Positions 51,447 to 60,906 of a stretch of DNA of 64,000 bases are shown in pieces (position 1 is the stretch's first letter; each line of letters begins with the position of its first letter). Origin of the DNA: Syntrophales bacterium (lineage in GTDB: Bacteria > Desulfobacterota > Syntrophia > Syntrophales > UBA2210). The stretch covers positions 832,001 to 896,000 of the forward strand of contig CAXXKT010000001.1 in NCBI GenBank assembly GCA_963662405.2. Reading direction: 5' to 3'. Both the position numbers and the translations under genes were made by a program. Under the pieces are notes generated by a model that made no database searches, was not told the origin of the DNA, and saw nothing but the letters and a program-made list of their open reading frames with translations.

Positions 51447-51572
51447 ATGATCAGGCCATAATCCCCCCTCCGGGGATGACGGCTGTCCAGAGGCACATAT
51501 GATGAGTTCAAGCTCAGCAGAGTACGCTAAACCACTAACTCCATTATGATATCTTGTCAAGATATATTACGG
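51447..51572 (-). repeat. Promoter/minigene element, copy 3 (terminator absent)
   Basis: CCGTAAT, TATCTTGACAAGATA, GGAGGGGGGATTATGGCCTGATC; abuts the DUF4405 stop. Confidence 0.75.
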
Positions 51573-51658
51573 GGAGAGGTCCAGGGGTGGAATCCGGCTT
51601 CGGCATGTGACGCAGGGAAGCGGCTGCGCGTGTGACTGCCACGCTTGCCCCTCATTGT

Positions 51659-52888
51659 CTACTGAGACAGGAGGGAGCTTCGTATGACGCTGTAACCCTT
51701 CTCTGCCATCCTTTCTTCGATGTCTTTGATATGCTCCCTCCCCTTCGTCTCCAGGATGAAGGATACGTTGATCTCGCCGATGGGCGATCCGCCGGAATAA
51801 TGATGGTGAAAGACTTCCAGGAGATTGGCGCCTGTCTCGTGAAATACGTGCAGTACGGCCTCGAGGGCGCCGGGGATGTCTCTGACCCGTGTCTCAACCT
51901 GCATGATGCGGCCGTCGAACGCGAGCCCCCGGGCGATTATGCGGGAGATGAGCGTGACATCTATATTCCCGCCCGACACAACGGCTACCACCTTTGTGCC
52001 CTCCACACCGGGCACCCGGTTGTTGATAAGGGCCGCTACGGGCGCCGCGCCGGCACCCTCTACCACGATCTTTTCCGTCTCCAGGAGATGGAGGATGGCA
52101 TTGGCGATCTCGTCGTCCGTTACGGTCACGATCTCATCCACATACCGGCTGACGATATCGAGCGTGATCTGCCCAACCCGCTTCACCGTGATACCTTCGG
52201 CGATCCTCGACGCGCCGGGGGCCGTGACAACGGAACCGGCCTCGACCGACCGTTTCATCGAAGGACAGTCTGCCGTCTCGACACCGATGACCCGCACCTG
52301 AGGCCGGATGCTCTTAAGATACAAAGCGATGCCGGAAATCAGGCCGCCTCCTCCGATGGGGACGACAACGGCGTCCAGGTCCTTCGACAGTTCGTTGTTT
52401 ATCAGTTCAACGGCCACCGTTCCCTGGCCCGCAATCACCAGAGGATCTTCGAAGGGATGGATGTAGGTTTTCCCTTCTTTTGCGGCCAGGAGGAGGGAGT
52501 GCTCGTAGGCCTCGTCAAAATTCTCCCCTTCAAGGACCACGGCGGCGCCCCAGTACTGTGTCGACGTCACCTTGACGATCGGTGTATTCCGGGGCATGAC
52601 AATAGTGGCGGGGATGCCGAGCCGTCTTGCATGGCAGGCAAGGCCCTGCGCGTGATTGCCCGCGCTTGCGGCGATGACGCCCCGGCGACGCTCTTTCTCA
52701 TCGAGGGAGAGAAGTTTGTTCAGAGCGCCCCGTTCCTTGAAAGACCCCGTGATCTGGAGATTTTCAAGCTTCATCATGACATCGACGCCGCACCGGTCCG
52801 ACAGCCGTGATGATCGGGTCACGGTTGTCTCGACAATATGGGACCGTATCCTCTCATAGGCCCGCTCCACATCTTCTCTCGTCACCAT
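51659..52888 (-). CDS. ilvA: Threonine ammonia-lyase with a single ACT domain
   Basis: KLENLQITGSFKERGA, SAGNHAQG, PIGGGGL, SGGNID. Confidence 0.9.
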   Translation of the reverse strand: MVTREDVERAYERIRSHIVETTVTRSSRLSDRCGVDVMMKLENLQITGSFKERGALNKLLSLDEKERRRGVIAASAGNHAQGLACHARRLGIPATIVMPRNTPIVKVTSTQYWGAAVVLEGENFDEAYEHSLLLAAKEGKTYIHPFEDPLVIAGQGTVAVELINNELSKDLDAVVVPIGGGGLISGIALYLKSIRPQVRVIGVETADCPSMKRSVEAGSVVTAPGASRIAEGITVKRVGQITLDIVSRYVDEIVTVTDDEIANAILHLLETEKIVVEGAGAAPVAALINNRVPGVEGTKVVAVVSGGNIDVTLISRIIARGLAFDGRIMQVETRVRDIPGALEAVLHVFHETGANLLEVFHHHYSGGSPIGEINVSFILETKGREHIKDIEERMAEKGYSVIRSSLLSQ

Positions 52889-53129
52889 GTCCGTCACTCC
52901 CCGTTGTGAGTTTTTCTCTCTCCGTGCCCTGTAGTACAATCACCGGGAAAAAACAATCATCAGTTCACAATACATTTCTCGCACGGGTCTTGTGCGGAGT
53001 GTGATAATCTTGTATGGATATTTTCAAGTTCGCCGGCGCCTCCAGGTCTGAAGGTGTTGCGGCGATCAAACCCCGGTTATCGTGTCCGTATCATGTTTGA
53101 GGCGTGACATTGATTGCCAGTGAGGGCTC

Positions 53130-55382
53130 ATGCGTCGAATCACCCCGGAGATGTCGTCTCTGAACCATGTCGGCCGGTCCCATCGGGTCCCGGTTTTTTT
53201 CCTGATTATTTTTCTCCTCCTCTTTGTTTCAGTTGCCGCGCACGGTGAACCCCGGCCCCGCATCGGTCTGGTCCTCTCCGGCGGGGGGGCGCGAGGGATC
53301 GCCCATATCGGGGTGCTCAAAGTACTGGAGGAGATGCGGATTCCGGTGGATGTGATCGCCGGGACGAGCATGGGAAGCATCGTGGGGGGGCTCTACGCGT
53401 CGGGGCTTTCGCCCACGGAGCTGGAGGAGCTTGTCACCAGCGTCGAATGGAACAAGGCATTCCAGGACAAACCACCGCTGGAGGAACAGCCCTTCCGGCG
53501 CAAGCGTGACACACAGGATTATCAGATCGATTTCGAGCTCGGGTTCAAAGACGGGCAGTTCGCTGTTCCCCGCGGGTTTGTGCAGGGGCAGGGCCTGAAT
53601 TATATCCTGAATATGGCGCTGATCCACCAGGCAGCGGTCAGGGATTTCGATCGTCTCCCCGTTCCGTTCCGCGCCGTGGCTGCCGATATCGAAACGGGGG
53701 AGGCGGTGGTCATCGGGACGGGGGACCTGGCGACGGCCCTCAGGGCGAGCATGTCCATTCCGGGGGTTTTTACCCCGGTGGAGGTGGAGGGACGGGTGCT
53801 CGTCGACGGCGGGATCGCCGACAATCTCCCGGTGGATGTGGCGCGCCGGATGGGGGCGGATGTCCTGATCTGCGTGGATATCGGGACCCCGCTGAGGCCC
53901 CGTGAAAAGCTCCAGTCGGCGGGGAGCATCACCGCACAGGTCATGACGATCCTGATTCAGCGCAATGTCGCCACGCAGCTCGCGACCCTTGGTCCGGAGG
54001 ATATCCTGATCAGGCCGGAACTCGGCGACGCGGGGACGACGGATTTCACGAAATCTCTCTCGATCCTGAAGATCGGTGAAGAGACGGCCCGGGCGATGAC
54101 GCCGCAGCTGTCGCGGCTATCGCGCCCCGACGCGGAATACGCCGCCTATCTCGCCCGGCAGCGGCAGAGATCGAGAGAGATGCCGGTCATCGACGAGATC
54201 ACGATCGTCAATAAATCAGGCCTTGCCGACGCGGTCCTGGCGGCACAGGTCGAGACGAAGCCGGGAGAGAAACTCGACGAACAGCGACTCTATGAAGACC
54301 TGTCGCGGCTGTATAATCTCGGTACCTTCGAGCGGGTGGATATGAGTCTCGAAGAGGATGCAGATGGCAAAACCGGCCTGACCCTGACCCCGGTCGACAA
54401 GGGGTGGGGGCAGACGAACATCCGCTTCGGCTTCAGTATCGATGATAACTTTCAGGGTTCGAACTCCTATACAGTCTCGGCCATTATCAACCAGATGGAG
54501 ATGAACCGCCTGGGGGCGGAGTGGCGCAACGAGTTTCAGATCGGTGATCTCATGGAGGTCAGGTCCGAGTTCTACCAGCCCCTCGACCCGTCGACGCGGT
54601 TCTTCGTCGCGCCGATCATCGATTACGGGGAACGGAACGTCAATGCCTTCGATGCCGATGGGGACATCGTCGTGCAGCACCGGATCAAGATGCTGGAGGC
54701 CGGGATCGACCTGGGAAGGCAGTTCGGCGATTGGGGGGAATTTCGTGTCGGGCTCCGGAGAGGCTATGGGAGGTATGAGGTCAATGTCGGCGATCCCGCA
54801 ATGGGGTCGGGAAGCTTCAACCGGGGCGGAACGTACGCCGCCTTTCAGTACAATACCATCGACAATTTCAACTACCCCCAGCACGGGGCGGATGCCGCTG
54901 TTATCTGGCAGGCCAATTACAAGGAATTGGGATCGGACATAGACGGGAGCAGTCTGGTCGTGAGCGGTACCAAGGTTATGACATGGGGAGACCATACCCT
55001 GATCCCCTCGTTCGTGGTGCAGACGTCTCTGGAGGGAGATGATCTGATGCAGGATTCCTTCGGCCTGGGCGGGCTCCTCAATCTGTCCGGATACACGCAG
55101 GATGAACTCTCCGGGCAGCATACCGCCCTGGGGTATATCGCCTATCTGCGAAAGATCAGCCGCCGCGGGCTGGGGGACCTCAAGATGCAGCTGTTCTGGG
55201 GTGGGTCGATCGAGGCGGGGAATGTGTGGGACCGCCGCGAGGACATGTCGCTGTCCTCGCTGATGCTGGCGGGGAGCATCTTTGTCGGTGCCGATTCCTT
55301 CATCGGTCCGGCCTATATCGGGTACGGACAGGCGGAGGGGGGACACCGGATGTTCTATTTCACGATCGGCCAGAAATTCTAG
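53130..55382 (+). CDS. Patatin + POTRA + beta-barrel protein (PlpD-like)
   Basis: GGGARG, GTSMG, DGG; C-terminal barrel ending IGQKF. Start uncertain. Confidence 0.9.
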   Translation: MRRITPEMSSLNHVGRSHRVPVFFLIIFLLLFVSVAAHGEPRPRIGLVLSGGGARGIAHIGVLKVLEEMRIPVDVIAGTSMGSIVGGLYASGLSPTELEELVTSVEWNKAFQDKPPLEEQPFRRKRDTQDYQIDFELGFKDGQFAVPRGFVQGQGLNYILNMALIHQAAVRDFDRLPVPFRAVAADIETGEAVVIGTGDLATALRASMSIPGVFTPVEVEGRVLVDGGIADNLPVDVARRMGADVLICVDIGTPLRPREKLQSAGSITAQVMTILIQRNVATQLATLGPEDILIRPELGDAGTTDFTKSLSILKIGEETARAMTPQLSRLSRPDAEYAAYLARQRQRSREMPVIDEITIVNKSGLADAVLAAQVETKPGEKLDEQRLYEDLSRLYNLGTFERVDMSLEEDADGKTGLTLTPVDKGWGQTNIRFGFSIDDNFQGSNSYTVSAIINQMEMNRLGAEWRNEFQIGDLMEVRSEFYQPLDPSTRFFVAPIIDYGERNVNAFDADGDIVVQHRIKMLEAGIDLGRQFGDWGEFRVGLRRGYGRYEVNVGDPAMGSGSFNRGGTYAAFQYNTIDNFNYPQHGADAAVIWQANYKELGSDIDGSSLVVSGTKVMTWGDHTLIPSFVVQTSLEGDDLMQDSFGLGGLLNLSGYTQDELSGQHTALGYIAYLRKISRRGLGDLKMQLFWGGSIEAGNVWDRREDMSLSSLMLAGSIFVGADSFIGPAYIGYGQAEGGHRMFYFTIGQKF

Positions 55383-55384
55383 GA

Positions 55385-56824
55385 TCAAAGATACGGGGAC
55401 AGTAGCCATGCCAGCGAGTCGCGCAGCCTGACCGGAAGGGAACGGCCGTCGATAACGTCAAGCTTGACCGCCCGTGAGCGTTCCATCACCCCTTCCACGT
55501 GCTTCGTCAGGGTCGCAGCCAGTGGCGCGTCAAAGACCTCAACGGCCAGCTCGAAATTGAGCCTGAGACTGCGGGGGTCGATGTTGGCGGAGCCGATATG
55601 CACGTAGTATTCGTCGACGATGACCAGTTTGGTATGGGCAAAGGGAGGCGGCTGGTAGTAGACGGTAACCCCCCGTTTCAGGAGCTCCCACAGCATGTTG
55701 CGCGTGGCCCAGTGGACGATGTGGGAGTCGTTTTTCTCCGGCAGGATGATCGTTACCTGCAGGCCACGCAGGGCCGCGGCCTGCAGGACGGAAAGCAGGC
55801 CTCGCGGCGGGATGAAGTAGGGCGTCATGATCACGACGGATTTCCGGGCCGCTGACACCGCGGCCATGAGAATCATGAGGAGTTTGTCCATATCCTCGTT
55901 CGGCCCTTCCGTGATGACACGGCACAGGGCCGAACCTTCCGGCGCCGGCTCAACCGGTTTCGGCGGTGTGTCGATACCCGTAATAAATTGCCAATCATCA
56001 ATAAAGACCTCTTCAATCTGCCGCACCACCAGTCCCTTGAGTCGGAAATGCAGGTCAACGACCCGGTTCGGGTTTTCACGTCGCTCTGCCAGGTGCCGGT
56101 CTCCGATATTGATTCCCCCCGTGAACGCGACCTCCCCGTCCGCGACAAGGATCTTCCGGTGATTGCGGAGGTTGATGGGGGCAAAGGGAGGAAACAGCCG
56201 GGGAGGGAGAAACCGTGCAACGGCGACTCCCCGTTTTTTCAACCACCTGCTGGCACGTCTCATGCGGTACATGTCGCTGAGTCCGTCGATCATAACCCTG
56301 ACATCGACGCCCCTCTGCACCGCCCGCTCCAGCGCGGCGATAAAGGTCTGACCGGTATGATTACCATCGAAGATGTAGGTGGTGAGGAAGAGGGTCCGCC
56401 GCGCGTTTTCGATTGCGTCGAGCATTGCGGGATAGGCCTCCTCCCCGTTGTGGAGGACCTCAATGCGGTTCCCGCCCACAAGTGCCCTGTCGGTAATAAT
56501 ATCAGACACATGAACAAGCTCGGGGAGGTCACTGATACGCGTGCTATCGGCGTTTTCGGTTGCGTCGGCGGCATGGCGGTCAGCCGGCGTGGTCACGCCT
56601 GAGTTCAGTGAATCCGCGCGGTTCTGAAGTTCCTCCGCCCTGGTCCGGACCCGGTTGATACCGAAGAGATAGTATAACAGAGGGCCACCAAAGGGGAGGA
56701 GGATGCAGACGGCAATCCACCCGATCGCCGCTTTCGGATCACGTTTTGAAAGGAGGGCGTGGACCGAACTGATCGTGGCGACGATAATTGCCAACCCTGC
56801 CATCAGTGTGTCGAGGATATTCAT
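55385..56824 (-). CDS. cls: Cardiolipin synthase
   Basis: Two N-terminal TM segments; HRKILVAD and HTKLVIVD. Confidence 0.9.
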   Translation of the reverse strand: MNILDTLMAGLAIIVATISSVHALLSKRDPKAAIGWIAVCILLPFGGPLLYYLFGINRVRTRAEELQNRADSLNSGVTTPADRHAADATENADSTRISDLPELVHVSDIITDRALVGGNRIEVLHNGEEAYPAMLDAIENARRTLFLTTYIFDGNHTGQTFIAALERAVQRGVDVRVMIDGLSDMYRMRRASRWLKKRGVAVARFLPPRLFPPFAPINLRNHRKILVADGEVAFTGGINIGDRHLAERRENPNRVVDLHFRLKGLVVRQIEEVFIDDWQFITGIDTPPKPVEPAPEGSALCRVITEGPNEDMDKLLMILMAAVSAARKSVVIMTPYFIPPRGLLSVLQAAALRGLQVTIILPEKNDSHIVHWATRNMLWELLKRGVTVYYQPPPFAHTKLVIVDEYYVHIGSANIDPRSLRLNFELAVEVFDAPLAATLTKHVEGVMERSRAVKLDVIDGRSLPVRLRDSLAWLLSPYL

Positions 56825-57044
56825 GGAATGAGATGCCGTCGCTCCTTATCGATCGCAACCGTCACGCGAGCCATACATGCTCTCACCAGTTCTGAAAGCT
56901 CTAGAGAACTCTTACCACAACTGGGAAAACAGGATCAATCGCCTGATCGATTTTTTCCGGAATGATCTTCGTGAATCGCGGGCATGTGCTACCGGTCGGC
57001 ATCGCAGGGGATCCGCGTTGAGAAAAATGGGCGCTGTCCCCAAT

Positions 57045-57074
57045 AAAAAAGGGCCGGTTCTTGAGAACCGGCCC
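57045..57074 (-). terminator. Intrinsic terminator of the glutamine synthetase gene
   Basis: AGGGCCGGTTC-TCAA-GAACCGGCCC-TTTTTT. Confidence 0.85.
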
Positions 57075-57096
57075 TCGGACCCTGTGTTCAGGACGG

Positions 57097-59190
57097 TTAC
57101 AGCTTGAAGAGGAGATCGGTGTACGTCGGGACGGGCCACAGGTCCGCCGGCACCAGCATCTCCAGTGCGTCGATATCACCGCGCAGTGTATGCATGAACG
57201 GGAATACCGTGTCACGATAGGCCTCGGCCTGCTTGACGGTATCATCGATCTTCTGTGCCTTGGCCACAGCCCCTTCCAGCTTCGTCAGGGTCTTATAGGC
57301 AGAAGCCACCACCGCACCGACCTTCTTGAGAAGATCTGCCTGCGCCGGTGCGGGGATCCCCGCACCCTTGAGGCCGGCGAGGGAATCGGCCAATACGGTC
57401 GAATATTCGATCCCCGCGGGGATGAACTGTTTCTTTGCCATATCGATGGCCGTCAGGGCCTCGATATTGATCTGCTTCGCGTAGATCTCGACATAGATCT
57501 CGTAGCGCGAGTGCAGCTCCTTGTGCGAGAGGACCGCGTACTTCTCGAAAAGCTTCAATGCCTTCGGCGTTACAAAGGCCTTCAGGGCGTCCACGCTGTT
57601 CCGCACGTTGGGCAACCCTCTCTTTTCGGCCTCTTTCACCCAGGCGTCGGAGTAGTTGTCGCCGTTGAAGAGGATCCGGTTGTGCTTCTTGTAGATTTCC
57701 TTGATAATCGCAGCCACTTCAGCATTGATATCCTTTGCCTTTTCCAGGCGGGTGGCGATCTCGTCGAGTGCCTCGGCCGCGATGGTGTTCAACGCCACAT
57801 TCGCCCCGGCGATCGACTGGGCGGACCCGACCATCCGGAACTCGAACTTATCTCCGGTAAAGGCAAACGGCGATGTCCGGTTACGGTCGGTGTTGTCCTG
57901 CGGAATCGCGGGAAGCGTGTCGACTCCGACATGGAGGACCTGCGGATCTCTCGTGGAAAGCTTCTCACCCTTTGAAATCTTTTCGAGTATCTCCGTCAGT
58001 TCTTCTCCCATGAATATGGAGATGATGGCCGGAGGCGCTTCGTTGGCACCCAGACGGTGATCGTTCCCGGCGCTGGCGCAGGTGGCCCGCAGGATGTCGG
58101 CATGGGTATCGACGGCCTTGATCATGGCGCTCAAAAAGATGAGGAACTGGACGTTATCGCTTGCCGTGTGCCCCGGCTTCAGCAGGTTGATGCCGTCGTC
58201 TGTGGAGAGAGACCAGTTGTTGTGTTTCCCCGAACCGTTGATCCCGGCATAAGGTTTCTCATGGAGCAGGCAAACGAGGTCATGCCGGAGCGCGACCTTC
58301 TGCATCGTCTCCATGACCAGTTGGTTGTGGTCGGTCGCGATGTTGGCGGTCGCGAAGATGGGGGCCATTTCGTACTGCGCCGGTGCGACCTCGTTGTGCT
58401 GGGTCTTGGAGGTGATGCCCATCTTCCACAGTTCGTTGTTCAGGTCCCACATGTAATCGGCGACCCGATCCTTGATGGAGCCAAAGTACTGGTCATCCAG
58501 TTCCTGCCCCTTGGGCGCGGGGGCGCCGAAGAGCGTCCGTCCGGTCAGCATCAGGTCGAGTCGCTCCAGGTAAAAGTCCCTGTCCACGAGGAAATATTCC
58601 TGCTCCGGACCGACCGTGGAGACAACCCTGGTGGTAGTGTTGCCCAGTGCCTGCAGGACCCGCACGGCCTGTTTGGAGACAGCCGCCATGGACCGCAGGA
58701 GGGGGGTCTTCTTGTCGAGGGCCTCTCCATGATAGGAGTAGAAGGCCGTCGGAATCGTCAGGGTCACATTCCCGCTTTCATCGGTCTTCAGAAAGGCGGG
58801 AGAGGTGCAGTCCCATGCCGTGTAACCCCGGGCCTCAAAGGTGGCACGCAGACCGCCGCTTGGAAAGGAAGAGGCGTCCGGTTCACCCTGGATGAGCTGT
58901 TTGCCGGAAAATTCGGTGACGCAACTACCGTCCGCGGTCGCGGATATGAATGAGTCGTGCTTCTCGGCGGTGAATCCGGTCAGCGGCTGAAACCAGTGGG
59001 TGTAATGGGTGGCGCCTTTCTCTATCGCCCAGTCTTTCATGGCGTTGGCGACTACATCGGCGATATCGGGTTTGAGGGGGGTGCCGTTTTCAATCGTTTC
59101 CCTCAAGGCCTTGCAGGTATCCTTGGGCAGGCGCTCTTTCATTGCCTTATGGTTAAAAACATTCGAACCAAAAATTTCTGTCACATCCAT
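57097..59190 (-). CDS. Glutamine synthetase type III
   Basis: [53 protein letters not shown]; 697 aa. Confidence 0.96.
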   Translation of the reverse strand: MDVTEIFGSNVFNHKAMKERLPKDTCKALRETIENGTPLKPDIADVVANAMKDWAIEKGATHYTHWFQPLTGFTAEKHDSFISATADGSCVTEFSGKQLIQGEPDASSFPSGGLRATFEARGYTAWDCTSPAFLKTDESGNVTLTIPTAFYSYHGEALDKKTPLLRSMAAVSKQAVRVLQALGNTTTRVVSTVGPEQEYFLVDRDFYLERLDLMLTGRTLFGAPAPKGQELDDQYFGSIKDRVADYMWDLNNELWKMGITSKTQHNEVAPAQYEMAPIFATANIATDHNQLVMETMQKVALRHDLVCLLHEKPYAGINGSGKHNNWSLSTDDGINLLKPGHTASDNVQFLIFLSAMIKAVDTHADILRATCASAGNDHRLGANEAPPAIISIFMGEELTEILEKISKGEKLSTRDPQVLHVGVDTLPAIPQDNTDRNRTSPFAFTGDKFEFRMVGSAQSIAGANVALNTIAAEALDEIATRLEKAKDINAEVAAIIKEIYKKHNRILFNGDNYSDAWVKEAEKRGLPNVRNSVDALKAFVTPKALKLFEKYAVLSHKELHSRYEIYVEIYAKQINIEALTAIDMAKKQFIPAGIEYSTVLADSLAGLKGAGIPAPAQADLLKKVGAVVASAYKTLTKLEGAVAKAQKIDDTVKQAEAYRDTVFPFMHTLRGDIDALEMLVPADLWPVPTYTDLLFKL

Positions 59191-59272
59191 AGTGTTGTTC
59201 CCCTTTCAATGGGTATCGGGTTGTCGTTGCGTGCGATACAGCACCGAATCCGTTGTCCCTGTCCGAGAAGTA

Positions 59273-59320
59273 AAGCAAAGGGCGTGCCAATACTTATTTC
59301 TCTTGTTTATCAATATGTTG
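59273..59320 (-). promoter_or_regulatory. Sigma54 promoter and IHF site upstream of GSIII
   Basis: TTGGCACGCCCTTTGCT (GG-N10-GC); TATCAATATGTTG at 59308-59320. Confidence 0.8.
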
Positions 59321-59507
59321 CGTTTGAGATATCATTTCGGATCGTTCCCGTTATGGGACAGAGGTGTTGGGCACATGCGTGAATCCTACAATTTTGTAAG
59401 AATTAATTCGCTTTTCGACTGACGTATGACTCTAACGTAAGAGAGATGCTCTTGTCAAAACAAGAAATGATGGAAGGGCGTCTGAGGGGATTAATCCCGA
59501 AAGATAT

Positions 59508-59536
59508 TTGACGAAGGTGGACTTTTTGAGTATAAA
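59508..59536 (+). promoter_or_regulatory. Sigma70 promoter of the pur operon
   Basis: TTGACG-N17-TATAAA. Confidence 0.6.
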
Positions 59537-59574
59537 CTCGAATCTTATTCTATAATCTCCAGGCGGAGGAAAGC

Positions 59575-60900
59575 ATGGTCAGAATACTCTTGATTGGCAA
59601 CGGCGCCCGGGAACATGTCATGGCGGAGACGCTCAAACGCTCGGGTCATGCAACCGAGCTTTTTTCCTGTATGAAAGCCAACAATCCCGGCATTGCATCC
59701 CTTTCGGATGATGTCTTGCCGGGAAACTATAGTGATCGGGAGGGGATCGCACAATTCGCGAAACGGTGCGAGGTCGATTTTGCGATTATCGGCCCGGAGG
59801 ACCCCCTGAATAACGGCATTGTCGATGCCCTCCAGGCGAACGGGATTCCGTCCGTCGGTCCGACCCGGAGTCTGGCGCGGCTGGAGACGTCAAAGACCTT
59901 CACACGAAATCTGCTGGAAACGTATGGTATTCCGGGAAATGCACGTTTTCGAACCTTTTCTTCCATGAATGGAATCGAAGCGTTTGTCGGGAAACTCGAC
60001 GGGGTCGTGATCAAACCGGACGGCCTCACCGGGGGAAAAGGGGTTATGGTCCAGGGCGATCACTTCCAGACAAAGGAGGAGGTCCTCGACCTCTGCCGGC
60101 AGATCCTGGATGACCACCCGTCGGTAATCGTGGAGGAGAAATTCGAAGGGGAAGAATTTTCGCTCCAGTGTCTGTGCGACGGGACGACGGTGGTGGCAAC
60201 CCCGCCGGTTCAGGATCACAAGCGGCGGTTCGTCGGTGACCGGGGGCCGAATACCGGAGGCATGGGATCGTACTCCCTGCAGAATCACTCACTTCCCTTC
60301 CTGAAGGAGGAGGATGTCGCCCAGGGGCTTGCCATTACGCAAAAGGTCGCGGAGGCGATCTATCGGGAAACCGGCGCGTACTACAAGGGGGTCATGTACG
60401 GCGGTTTTATCGTGACGCGGGAGGGGGTCAGACTGCTCGAGTACAATGCCCGGTTCGGCGACCCGGAGGCGATGAATATCCTCCCCCTCCTGAAGACGGA
60501 TTTCGTCGACATCTGCGGGGCCGTCATCGATGGAACGCTGAAAGATATGAAGATCGAGTTTGAGAAAAAGGCCACGGTTTGCAAGTATATCGTCCCCACG
60601 GGGTACGGTCTCCCCGCGGATCATCCGGACGCCCGCTCCACCTCCGCGAAGATCGAAGTCGCGGACACGGGGGAGGCACGGCTCTACTTTTCTTCCGTCG
60701 ACAAGAGGGAGGACGGCCTCTACATGACGACGTCGCGGGCCATCGGCGTCGTGGGGGTTGCCGATACCCTGAACGACGCCGAGCGGGTTGCGGAGGGGGC
60801 AATCGCCGCGATCACGGGGCCGATCGATCACCGGCCCGATATCGGGACAGAGGCACTGATAGAAAAACGAATCCAACATATGAAAGGAATACGGGGATAG
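59575..60900 (+). CDS. purD: Phosphoribosylamine--glycine ligase
   Basis: GNGAREH, GPEDPL, QDHKR, GPNTGGMG, EYNARFGDPE. Confidence 0.96.
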   Translation: MVRILLIGNGAREHVMAETLKRSGHATELFSCMKANNPGIASLSDDVLPGNYSDREGIAQFAKRCEVDFAIIGPEDPLNNGIVDALQANGIPSVGPTRSLARLETSKTFTRNLLETYGIPGNARFRTFSSMNGIEAFVGKLDGVVIKPDGLTGGKGVMVQGDHFQTKEEVLDLCRQILDDHPSVIVEEKFEGEEFSLQCLCDGTTVVATPPVQDHKRRFVGDRGPNTGGMGSYSLQNHSLPFLKEEDVAQGLAITQKVAEAIYRETGAYYKGVMYGGFIVTREGVRLLEYNARFGDPEAMNILPLLKTDFVDICGAVIDGTLKDMKIEFEKKATVCKYIVPTGYGLPADHPDARSTSAKIEVADTGEARLYFSSVDKREDGLYMTTSRAIGVVGVADTLNDAERVAEGAIAAITGPIDHRPDIGTEALIEKRIQHMKGIRG

Positions 60901-60906
60901 GACACC

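Noticed and set aside
53130..55382. Patatin as a CBASS effector
   Set aside because: It has a signal peptide, POTRA domain and barrel (PlpD architecture), and no cyclase is nearby.
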